This document shows positions 45,401 to 57,308 of a DNA stretch of 64,000 nt, one piece after another. The DNA comes from Paragordius varius (lineage: Eukaryota > Animalia > Nematomorpha). Made by a program: the position numbers and the translations under genes. Numbering within the stretch: position 1 is the stretch's first letter; each line of letters begins with the position of its first letter. The notes below the pieces were generated by a model. It worked only from the letters and a program-made list of their open reading frames with translations, was not told the DNA's origin and searched no databases. The stretch lies in contig OZ176052.1 of the NCBI GenBank assembly GCA_964247055.1, positions 1,426,001-1,490,000 on the forward strand, given 5' to 3'.

Positions 45401-48400
45401 GGTGATTGGAATAATGTTCGATATTCCTAATTAAAAGTATTTTTATCATGTAATTTTTAGATTCTTGGACAAGTAAGTTAATATTTTAGGAGTTTGGTGG
45501 GTAATTGGATTAATGTTCGATATTCCTAATTAAAAGTATTTTTATCATGTAATTTATAGAATCTTAGACAAGTAAGTTAATATTTTAGGTGTTTGGTGGG
45601 TAATTGGATTAATGTTCGATATTCCTAATTAAAAGTATTTTTATCATGTAATTTATAGATTCTTGGACAAGTAAGTTAATATTTTAGGTGTTTGGTGGGT
45701 GATTGGAATAATGTTCGATATTCCTAATTAAAAGTATTTTTATCATAAAGTTTTTAGATTGGACAAGTAAGTTAATATTTTAGGTGTTTGGTGGGTGATT
45801 GGAATAATGTTCGATATTCCTAATTAAAAGTATTTTTATCATGTAATTTTTAGAATCTTGGACAAGTAAGTTAATATTTTAGGTGTTTGGTGGGTGATTG
45901 GAATAATGTTCGATATCCCTAATTAATAGTATTTTTATCATGTAATTTATAGAATCTTGGACAAGTAAGTTAATATTTTAGGTGTTTGGTGTGTGATTGG
46001 AATAATGTTCGATATTTCTAATTAAAAGTATTTAATAATATAATTTTTAGAATCTTGGACAAGTAAGTTAATATTTTAGGTGTTTGGTGGGTGATTGTAT
46101 TAATGTTCTATATTCCTAATTAAAAGTATATTTATCATGTAATTTTTAGAATCTTGGACAAGTAAGTTAATATTTTAGGTGTTTGGTGGGTGATTGGAAT
46201 AATGTTCGATATTCCTAATTAAAAGTATTTTTATCATGTAATTTTTAGAATCTTGGACAAGTAAGTTAATATTTTAGGTGTTTGGTGGGTGATTGGAATA
46301 ATGTTCGATATTCCTAATTAAAAGTATTTTATAATATAATTTATAGATTCTTGGACAAGTAAGTTAATATTTTAGGTGTTTGGTGGGTGATTGGAATAAT
46401 GTTTGATATTCCTAATTAAAAGTATTTTTATCATGTAATTTATACATTCTTGGACAAGTAAGTTAATATTTTAGGTGTTTGGTGGGTGATTGGAATAATG
46501 TTCGATATTCCTAATTAAAAGTATTTTATAATGCAATTTTTAGATTCTTGGACAAGTAAGTTAATATTTTAGGAGTTTGGTGGGTAATTGGATTAATGTT
46601 CGATATTCCTAATTAAAAGTATTTTTATCATGTAATTTATAGATTCTTGGACAAGTAAGTTAATATTTTAGGTGTTTGGTGGGTGATTGGAATAATGTTC
46701 GATATTCCTAATTAAAAGTATTTTTATCATGTAATTTATAGATTCTTGGACAAGTAAGTTAATATTTTAGGTGTTTGGTGGGTGATTGGAATAATGTTCG
46801 ATATTCCTAATTAAAAGTATATAATAATGCAATTTTTAGATTCTTGGACAAGTAAGTTAATATTTTAGGAGTTTGGTGGGTAATTGGATTAATGTTCGAT
46901 ATTCCTAATTAAAAGTATTTTTATCATGTAATTTATAGATTCTTGGACAAGTAAGTTAATATTTTAGGTGTTTGGTGGGTGATTGGAATAATGTTCGATA
47001 TTCCTAATTAAAAGTATATAATAATGCAATTTTTAGATTCTTGGACAAGTAAGTTAATATTTTAGGAGTTTGGTGGGTAATTGGATTAATGTTCGATATT
47101 CCTAATTAAAAGTATTTTTATCATGTAATTTATAGATTCTTAGACAAGTAAGTTAATATTTTAGGTGTTTGGTGGGTAATTGGATTAAGGTTCGATATTC
47201 CTAATTAAAAGTATTTTTATCATGTAATTTATAGATTCTTGGACAAGTAAGTTAATATTTTAGGTGTTTGGTGGGTGATTGGAATAATGTTCGATATTCC
47301 TAATTAAAAGTATTTTTATCATGAAATTTTTAGAATCTTGGACAAGTAAGTTAATATTTTAGGTGTTTGGTGGGTAATTGGATTAATGTTCGATATTCCT
47401 AATTAAAAGTATATAATAATGCAATTTTTAGATTCCTGGACAAGTAAGTTAATATTTTAGGAGTTTGGTGGGTGATTGGATTAATGTTCGATATTCCTAA
47501 TTAAAAGTATTTTTATCATGTAATTTATAGATTCTTGGACAAGTAAGTTAATATTTTAGGTGTTTGGTGGGTGATTGGAATAATGTTCGATATTCCTAAT
47601 TAAAAGTATATAATAATGCAATTTTTAGATTCTTGGACAAGTAAGTTAATATTTTAGGTGTTTGGTGGGTAATTGGATTAATGTTCGATATTCCTAATTA
47701 AAAGTATTTTTATCATGTAATTTATAGATTCTTGGACAAGTAAGTTAATATTTTAGGTGTTTGGTGGGTGATTGGAATAATGTTCGATATTCCTAATTAA
47801 AAGTATTTTTATCATGAAATTTTTAGAATCTTGGACAAGTAAGTTAATATTTTAGGTGTTTGGTGGGTAATTGGATTAATGTTCGATATTCCTAATTAAA
47901 AGTATTTTTATAATGTAATTTTTAGATTCTTCGACAAGTAAGTTAATATTTTAGGTGTTTGGTGGGTGATTGGAATAATGTTCGATATTCCTTATTAAAA
48001 GTATATAATAACAATTTTTAGATTCTTGGACAAGTAAGTTAATATTTTAGGAGTTTGGTGGGTAATTGGATTAATGTTCGATATTCCTAATTAAAAGTAT
48101 TTTTATCATGTAATTTATAGATTCTTAGACAAGTAAGTTAATATTTTAGGTGTTTGGTGGGTAATTGGATTAATGTTGGATATTCCATATTAAAAGTATT
48201 TTTATCATGTAATTTATAGATTCTTGGACAAGTAAGTTAATATTTTAGGTGTTTGGTGGGTGATTGGAATAATGTTCGATATTCCTAATTAAAAGTATTT
48301 TTATCATGTAATTTATAGATTCTTGGACAAGTAAGTTAATATTTTAGGTGTTTGGTGGGTGATTGGAATAATGTTCGATATTCCTAATTAAAAGTATTTT

Positions 48401-51400
48401 ATAATGCAATTTTTAGATTCTTGGACAAGTAAGTTAATATTTTAGGAATTTGGTGGGTAATTGGATTAATGTTCGATATTCCTAATTAAAAGTATTTTTA
48501 TCATGTAATTTATAGATTCTTGGACAAGTAAGTTAATATTTTAGGTGTTTGGTGGGTGATTGGAATAATGTTCGATATTCCTAATTAAAAGTATTTTTAT
48601 CATGTAATTTATAGATTCTTGGACAAGTAAGTTAATATTTTAGGTGTTTGGTGGGTGATTGGAATAATGTTCGATATTCCTAATTAAAAGTATATAATAA
48701 TGCAATTTTTAGATTCTTGGACAAGTAAGTTAATATTTTAGGAGTTTGGTGGGTAATTGGATTAATGTTCGATATTCCTAATTAAAAGTATTTTTATCAT
48801 GTAATTTATAGATTCTTGGACAAGTAAGTTAATATTTTAGGTGTTTGGTGGGTGATTGGAATAATGTTCGATATTCCTAATTAAAAGTATATAATAATGC
48901 AATTTTTAGATTCTTGGACAAGTAAGTTAATATTTTAGGAGTTTGGTGGGTAATTGGATTAATGTTCGATATTCCTAATTAAAAGTATTTTTATCATGTA
49001 ATTTATAGATTCTTAGACAAGTAAGTTAATATTTTAGGTGTTTGGTGGGTAATTGGATTAAGGTTCGATATTCCTAATTAAAAGCATTTTTATCATGTAA
49101 TTTATAGATTCTTGGACAAGTAAGTTAATATTTTAGGTGTTTGGTGGGTGATTGGAATAATGTTCGATATTCCTAATTAAAAGTATTTTTATCATGAAAT
49201 TTTTAGAATCTTGGATAAGTAAGTTAATATTTTAGGTGTTTGGTGGGTGATTGGAATAATGTTCGATATTCCTAATTAAAAGTATTTTTATCATGAAATT
49301 TTTAGAATCTTGGACAAGTAAGTTAATATTTTAGGTGTTTGGTGGGTAATTGGATTAATGTTCGATATTCCTAATTAAAAGTATATAATAATGCAATTTT
49401 TAGATTCCTGGACAAGTAAGTTAATATTTTAGGAGTTTGGTGGGTGATTGGATTAATGTTCGATATTCCTAATTAAAAGTATTTTTATCATGTAATTTAT
49501 AGATTCTTGGACAAGTAAGTTAATATTTTAGGTGTTTGGTGGGTGATTGGAATAATGTTCGATATTCCTAATTAAAAGTATATAATAATGCAATTTTTAG
49601 ATTCTTGGACAAGTAAGTTAATATTTTAGGTGTTTGGTGGGTAATTGGATTAATGTTCGATATTCCTAATTAAAAGTATATAATAATGCAATTTTTAGAT
49701 TCCTGGACAAGTAAGTTAATATTTTAGGAGTTTGGTGGGTGATTGGATTAATGTTCGATATTCCTAATTAAAAGTATTTTTATCATGTAATTTATAGATT
49801 CTTGGACAAGTAAGTTAATATTTTAGGTGTTTGGTGGGAGATTGGAATAATGTTCGATATTCCTAATTAAAAGTATTTTATAATATAATTTATAGATTCT
49901 TGGACAAGTAAGTTAATATTTTAGGTGTTTGGTGGGTGATTGGTATAATATTCGATATTCCTAATTAATAGTATTTTTATCATGTAATTTATAGAATCTT
50001 GGACAAGTAAGTTAATATTTTAGGTGTTTGGTGTGTGATTGGAATAATGTTCGATATTCCTAATTAAAAGTCTTTAATAATATAATTTTTAGAATCTTGG
50101 ACAAGTAAGTTAATATTTTAGGTGTTTGGTGGGTGATTGGATTAATGTTCGATATTCCTAATTAAAAGTATTTTTATCATGTAATTTTTAGAATCTTGGA
50201 CAAGTAAGTTAATATTTAAGGTGTTTTGTGGGTGATTGGATTAATGTTCGATATTCCTAATTAAAAGTATTTTATAATATAATTTATAGATCTTGGACAA
50301 GTAAGTTAATATTTTAGGTGTTTGGTGGGTGATTGGAATAATGTTCTATATTCCTAATTAAAAGTATTTTTATCATGTAATTTTTAGAATCTTGGACAAG
50401 TAAGTTAATATTTTAGGTGTTTGGTGGGTGATTGGAATAATGTTCGATATTCCTAATTAAAAGTATTTTTATCATGTAATTTTTAGAATCTTGGACAAGT
50501 AAGTTAATATTTTAGGTGTTTGGTGGGTGATTGGATTAATGTTCGATATTCCTAATTAAAAGTATTTTTATCATGTAATTTTTAGAATCTTGGACAAGTA
50601 AGTTAATATTTTAGGTGTTTGGTGGGTGATTGGAATAATGTTCGATATTCCTAATTAAAAGTATTTTATAATATAATTTATAGATTCTTGGACAAGTAAG
50701 TTAATATTTTAGGTGTTTGGTGGGTGATTGGAATAATGTTCGATATTCCTAATTAAAAGTATTTTTATCATGTAATTTTTAGAATCTTGGACAAGTAAGT
50801 TAATATTTTAGGTGTTTGGTGGGTGATTGGAATAATGTTCGATATTCCTAATTAAAAGTATTTTATAATATAATTTATAGATTCTTGGACAAGTAAGTTA
50901 ATATTTTAGGTGTTTGGTGGGTGATTGGTATAATATTCGATATTCCTAATTAATAGTATTTTTATCATGTAATTTATAGATTCTTGGACAAGTAAGTTAA
51001 TATTTTAGGTGTTTGGTGGGTGAATGGAATAATGTTCTATATTCCTAATTAAAAGTATTTTTATCATGTAATTTTTAGAATCTTGGACAAGTAAGTTAAT
51101 ATTTTAGGTGTTTGGTGGGTGATTGGATTAATGTTTGATATTCCTAATTAAAAGTATTTTTATCATGTAATTCTTAGAATCTTGGACAAGTAAGTTAATA
51201 TTTTAGGTGTTTGGTGGGTGATTGGATTAATGTTTGATATTCCTAATTAAAAGTATTTTTATCATGTAATTTATAGATTCTTAGACAAGTAAGTTAATAT
51301 TTTAGGTGTTTGGTGGGTAATTGGATTAAGGTTCGATATTCCTAATAAAGTCTTTAATAATATAATTTTTAGAATCTTGGACAAGTAAGTTAATATTTTA

Positions 51401-54000
51401 GGTGTTTGGTGGGTGATTGGATTAATGTTCGATATTCCTAATTAAAAGTATTTTTATCATGAAATTTTTAGAATCTTGGACAAGTAAGTTAATATTTTAG
51501 GTGTTTGGTGGGTAATTGGATTAATGTTCGATATTCCTAATTAAAAGTATATAATAATGCAATTTTTAGATTCCTGGACAAGTAAGTTAATATTTTAGGA
51601 GTTTGGTGGGTGATTGGATTAATGTTCGATATTCCTAATTAAAAGTATTTTTATCATGTAATTTATAGATTCTTGGACAAGTAAGTTAATATTTTAGGTG
51701 TTTGGTGGGAGATTGGAATAATGTTCGATATTCTTAATTAAAAGTAATTTTATAATGTAATTTTTAGATTCTTCGACAAGTAAGTTAATATTTTAGGAGT
51801 TTGGTGGGTAATTGGATTAATGTTCGATATTCCTAATTAAAAGTATTTTTAACATGTAATTTATAGATTCTTAGACAAGTAAGTTAATATTTTAGGTGTT
51901 TGGTGGGTGATTGGAATAATGTTCGATATTCCTAATTAAAAGTATTTTATAATATAATTTATAGATTCTTGGACAAGTAAGTTAATATTTTAGGTGTTTG
52001 GTGGGTGATTGGTATAATATTCGATATTCCTAATTAATAGTATTTTTATCATGTAATTTATAGAATCTTGGACAAGTAAGTTAATATTTTAGGTGTTTGG
52101 TGTGTGATTGGAATAATGTTCGATATTCCTAATTAAAAGTCTTTAATAATATAATTTTTAGAATCTTGGACAAGTAAGTTAATATTTTAGGTGTTTGGTG
52201 GGTGATTGGATTAATGTTCGATATTCCTAATTAAAAGTATTTTTATCATGTAATTTATAGAATCTTGGACAAGTAAGTTAATATTTTAGGTGTTTGGTGG
52301 GTGATTGGAATAATGTTCGATATTCCTAATTAAAAGTATATAATAATGCAATTTTTAGATTCTTGGACAAGTAAGTTAATATTTTAGGAGTTTGGTGGGT
52401 AATTGGATTAATGTTCGATATTCCTAATTAAAAGTATTTTTAACATGTAATTTATAGATTCTTAGACAAGTAAGTTAATATTTTAGGTGTTTGGTGGGTG
52501 ATTGGAATAATGTTCGATATTCCTAATTAAAAGTATTTTATAATATAATTTATAGATTCTTGGACAAGTAAGTTAATATTTTAGGTGTTTGGTGGGTGAT
52601 TGGTATAATATTCGATATTCCTAATTAATAGTATTTTTATCATGTAATTTATAGAATCTTGGACAAGTAAGTTAATATTTTAGGTGTTTGGTGTGTGATT
52701 GGAATAATGTTCGATATTCCTAATTAAAAGTCTTTAATAATATAATTTTTAGAATCTTGGACAAGTAAGTTAATATTTTAGGTGTTTGGTGGGTGATTGG
52801 ATTAATGTTCGATATTCCTAATTAAAAGTATTTTTATCATGTAATTTTTAGAATCTTGGACAAGTAAGTTAATATTTTAGGTGTTTGGTGGGTGATTGGA
52901 ATAATGTTCGATATTCCTAATTAAAAGTATTTTATAATATAATTTATAGATTCTTGGACAAGTAAGTTAATATTTTAGGTGTTTGGTGGGTGATTGGAAT
53001 AATGTTCGATATTCCTAATTAAAAGTATTTTATAATATAATTTATAGATTCTTGGACAAGTAAGTTAATATTTTAGGTGTTTGGTGGGTGATTGGTATAA
53101 TATTCGATATTCCTAATTAATAGTATTTTTATCATGTAATTTATAGAATCTTGGACAAGTAAGTTAATATTTTAGGTGTTTGGTGGGTGATTGGAATAAT
53201 GTTCGATATTCCTTATTAAAAGTATTTTATAATATAATTTATAGATTCTTGGACAAGTAAGTTAATATTTTAGGTGTTTGGTGGGTGATTGGTATAATAT
53301 TCGATATTCCTAATTAATAGTATTTTTATCATGTAATTTATAGAATCTTGGACAAGTAAGTTAATATTTTAGGTGTTTGGTGTGTGATTGGAATAATGTT
53401 CGATATTCCTAATTAAAAGTCTTTAATAATATAATTTTTAGAATCTTGGACAAGTAAGTTAATATTTTAGGTGTTTGGTGGGTGATTGGATTAATGTTCG
53501 ATATTCCTAATTAAAAGTATTTTTATCATGTAATTTTTAGAATCTTGGACAAGTAAGTTAATATTTTAGGTGTTTGGTGGGTGATTGGAATAATGTTCGA
53601 TATTCCTAATTAAAAGTATTTTATAATATAATTTATAGATTCTTGGACAAGTAAGTTAATATTTTAGGTGTTTGGTGGGTGATTGGAATAATGTTCGATA
53701 TTCCTAATTAAAAGTATTTTATAATATATTTTATAGATTCTTGGACAAGTAAGTTAATATTTTAGGTGTTTGGTGGGTGATTGGATTAATGTTCGATATT
53801 CCTAATTAAAAGTATTTTTATCATGTAATTTTTAGAATCTTGGACAAGTAAGTTAATATTTTAGGTGTTTGGTGGGTGATTGGATTAATGTTTGATATTC
53901 CTAATTAAAAGTATTTTTATCATGTAATTCTTAGAATCTTGGACAAGTAAGTTAATATTTTAGGTGTTTGGTGGGTGATTGGATTAATGTTTGATATTTC
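30451..54000. repeat. Right satellite subfamily domain (B)
   Basis: Variants not seen in the left domain: TAATGCAA (first ~30,621), GGAGTTT (first 30,664), GGGTAATTGG, TCATGTAATTTATAG (first ~30,720), AGAATCTT (first ~31,128), CTTAGAC. The right boundary is approximate. Confidence 0.85.
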
Positions 54001-57000
54001 TAATTAAAAGTATTTTTATAATATAATTTTTAGAATCTTGGACAAGTAAGTTAATATTTTAGGTGTTTGGTGGTGGATTGGAATAATGTTCGATATTCCT
54101 AATAAAAAGTATATAAATATATAATTTTTAGATTCATGGACAGGTACGTTAATATTTTAGGTGTATGGTGGATGATTGGAATAATATTTGATATTCCTAA
54201 TAAAAAGTATTTTATAATATAATTTATAGATTCTTGGACAAGTAAGTTAATATTTTAGGTGTTTGGTGGGTGATTGGAATAATGTTCGATATTCCTAATT
54301 AAAAGTATTTTATAATATAATTTATAGATTCTTGGACAAGTAAGTTAATATTTTAGGTGTTTGGTGGGTGATTGGATTAATGTTCGATATTCCTAATTAA
54401 AAGTATTTTTATCATGTAATTTTTAGAATCTTGGACAAGTAAGTTAATATTTTAGGTGTTTGGTGGGTGATTGGATTAATGTTTGATATTTCTAATTAAA
54501 AGTATTTTTATAATATAATTTTTAGAATCTTGGACAAGTACGTTAATATTTTAGGTGTTTGGTGGGTGATTGGAATAATGTTCGATATTCCTAATTAAAA
54601 GTATTTTATAATATAATTTATAGATTCTTGGACAAGTAAGTTAATATTTTAGGTGTTTGATGGGTGATTGGAATAATGTTCGATATTCCTAATTAATAAT
54701 ATTTTTATCATGTAATTTATAGATTCTTAGACAAGTAAGTTAATATTTTAGGTGTTTGGTGGATGATTAGATTAATGTTCGATATTTCTAATTAAAAGTA
54801 TATAATAATGCAATTTTTAGATTCTTGGACAAGTAAGTTAATATTTTAGGAGTTTGGTGGGTAATTGGATTAATGTTCGATATTCCTAATTAAAAGTATT
54901 TTTATCATGTAATTTATAGATTCTTAGACAAGTAAGTTAATATTTTAGGTGTTTGGTGGGTAATTGGATTAAGGTTCGATATTCCTAATTAAAAGTATTT
55001 TTATCATGTAATTTATAGATTCTTGGACAAGTAAGTTAATATTTTAGGTGTTTGGTGGGTGATTGGAATAATGTTCGATATTCCTAATTAAAAGTATTTT
55101 TATCATGAAATTTTTAGAATCTTGGACAAGTAAGTTAATATTTTAGGTATTTGGTGGGTGATTGAATTAATGTTCGATATTCCAAATTAAAAGTATTTTT
55201 ATAGTGTAATTTTTAGATTCTTGGACAAGTAAGGTAATATTTTAGGTGTTTGGTGGGTGATTGGATTAATGTTTGATATTCCAAATTAAAAGTATTTTTA
55301 TCATGTAATTTTTAGAATCTTGGACAAGTAAGTTAATATTTTAGGTGTTTGGTGGGTGATTGGATTAATGTTTGATATTCCAAATTAAAAGTATTTTTAT
55401 CATGTAATTTTTAGATTCTTGGACAAGTAAGTTAATATTTTAGGTGTTTGGTGGGTGATTGGAATAATGTTCGATATTCCTAATAAAAAGTATATAAATA
55501 TATAATTTTTAGATTCATGGACAGGTACGTTAATATTTTAGGTGTATGGTGGATGATTGGAATAATATTTGATATTCCTAATTAAAAGTATATAATAATA
55601 TAATTTTTAGATTCTTGGACAGGTAAGTTAATATTTTAGGTGTATGGTGGATGATTGGAATAATATTTGATATTCCTAATTAAAAGTATATAATAATATA
55701 ATTTTTAGATTCTTGGACAAGTAAGTTAATATTTTAGGTGTTTGGTGGGTGATTGGATTAATGTTCGATATTCCTAATTAAAAGTATTTTTATCATGTAA
55801 TTTTTAGATTCTTGGACAAGTAAGTTAATATTTTAGGTGTTTGGTGGGTGATTGGAATAATGTTCGATATTCCTAATAAAAAGTATATAAATATATAATT
55901 TTTAGATTCTTGGACAGGTAAGTTAATATTTTAGGTGTATGGTGGATGATTGGAATAATATTTGATATTCCTAATTAAAAGTATATAATAATATAATAAT
56001 TAGATTCTTGGACAAGTAAGTTAATATTTTAGGTGTTTGGTGGGTGATTGGATCAATGTTCGATATTTCTAATTAAAAGTATTATAATGTTTATTTAGAT
56101 TCTTGGACAAGTAAGTTACTATTTTAGGTATTTGGTGGGTGATTGAATTAATGTTCGATATTCCAAATTAAAAGTATTTTTATAGTGTAATTTTTAGATT
56201 CTTGGACAAGTTAGTTAATATTTTAGGTGTTTGGTGGGTGATTGGATTAATGTTCGATATTCCAAATTAAAAATATTTTTATAGTGTAATTTTTAGATTC
56301 TTGGACAAGTAAGGTAATATTTTAGGTGTTTGGTGGGTTATTGGATTAATGTTCGATATTCCTAATTAAAAGTATTTTTTTCATGTAATTTTTAGATTCT
56401 TGGACAAGTAAGTTAATATTTTAAGTGTTTGGTGGGTGATTGGATTATTGTTCGATATTCCTAATTAAAAGTATTTTTATAATATAATTTTTAATTCTTG
56501 GACAAGTAAGTTAATATTTTAGGTGTTTGGTGGGTGATTGAATTAATGTTCGATATTCCAAATTAAAAGTATTTTTATAGTGTAATTTTTAGATTCTTGG
56601 ACATGTAAGTTAATATTTTAGGTGTATGGTGGATGATTGAAATAATATTCGATATTCCAAATTAAAAGTATATAATAATATAATTTTTAGATACTTGAAG
56701 TAAATTAATATTTTAGATGTTTTGTGGGTGATTGGAATGATGTTCGATATTCCTAATTAAAAGTATTTTTATAATATAATTTTTAATTCTTGGACAAGTA
56801 AGTTAATATTTTAGGTGTGTGGTGGATGATTGGAATAATGTTCGATATTCCTAATTAAAAGTATTATAATCTAATTTTTAGATTCTTGAAGTAACTTAAT
56901 ATTTTAGGTGTTTCGTGGGTGATTGTAATAATGTTCGATATTCCTGATTAAAAGTATATAATAATATAATTAGATTCTTGGACAAGTAAGTTAATATTTT

Positions 57001-57088
57001 AGGTGTTTGGTGGGTGATTGGATTATTGTTCGATATTTCTAATTAAAAGTATTATAATCTAATTTTCCTTTCCAACTAAGTTAATATT
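54001..57088. repeat. Divergent edge monomers of the satellite, with a final remnant TAAGTTAATATT at 57,077-57,088
   Basis: Private substitutions increase (GGACAGGTACG, GTGTATGGTGGATG, CCAAATT, CTTGAAGTA, TTTCGTGGG). Recognisable periodicity stops at ~57,066. Confidence 0.85.
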
Positions 57089-57308
57089 ATATCTGTTTCT
57101 GAAAATTTTTCACAACAAATGTAAAAAATTTTTTTACATCGATTTTTTTCATAAAATTATAAGTTGATTTTATGTTTAAGATATATTTTATATTAATGTA
57201 TTTTCGAACTTTAAACAATTGTGATTCCTTAAAAAACAGTTTTAGTCTAACAAATAAACAGAAACAGGTATCCTTCACTCTTATATATCAGTAATTCAAG
57301 CCAGAAAA

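Larger units (their letters stand above)
1..57066. repeat. Tandem satellite DNA array, 98-99 bp monomer, ~575-580 copies, continuing beyond the left window edge
   Basis: Consensus read by eye: GGACAAGTAAGTTAATATTTTAGGT(A/G)TTTGGTGGGTGATTGGA(T/A)TAATGTTCGATATTCCTAATTAAAAGTATTTTTAT(A/C)ATGTAATTTTTAGATTCTT (99 bp; 98 bp when it starts GGATTGTAAG). Head-to-tail with no inversion or foreign insertion seen. All six frames of the monomer contain stops, consistent with no ORF in the supplied track before 57,087. Confidence 0.98.

Noticed and set aside
1-57066. CRISPR array (conserved repeat with a variable segment)
   Set aside because: The variable part is a small set of closely related alleles reused hundreds of times, not unique spacers. 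No cas genes, and the context is eukaryote-like.
1-57066. Coding VNTR (99 bp = 33 codons)
   Set aside because: All six frames of the unspliced monomer contain stops, and 98-bp and deleted monomers break phase.
1-57066. Telomeric or telomere-derived array (one TTAGG per monomer, G-rich strand)
   Set aside because: Only a single TTAGG per 99 bp. The G-rich strand runs 5'->3' toward the unique flank rather than toward the open end, opposite to telomere polarity. A subtelomeric location cannot be excluded from this window.
1-57066. Recursive-splicing-like TTTTAG|GT site in each monomer
   Set aside because: It lies only 17 nt after the GTAAGT donor, the following GTATTT or GTGTTT is a weak donor, and common alleles (GGAG, AGATG) abolish it.
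57087-57278. Track ORF, 63 aa, minus strand
   Set aside because: Short, F/K/I-rich low-complexity translation with no recognisable motif.
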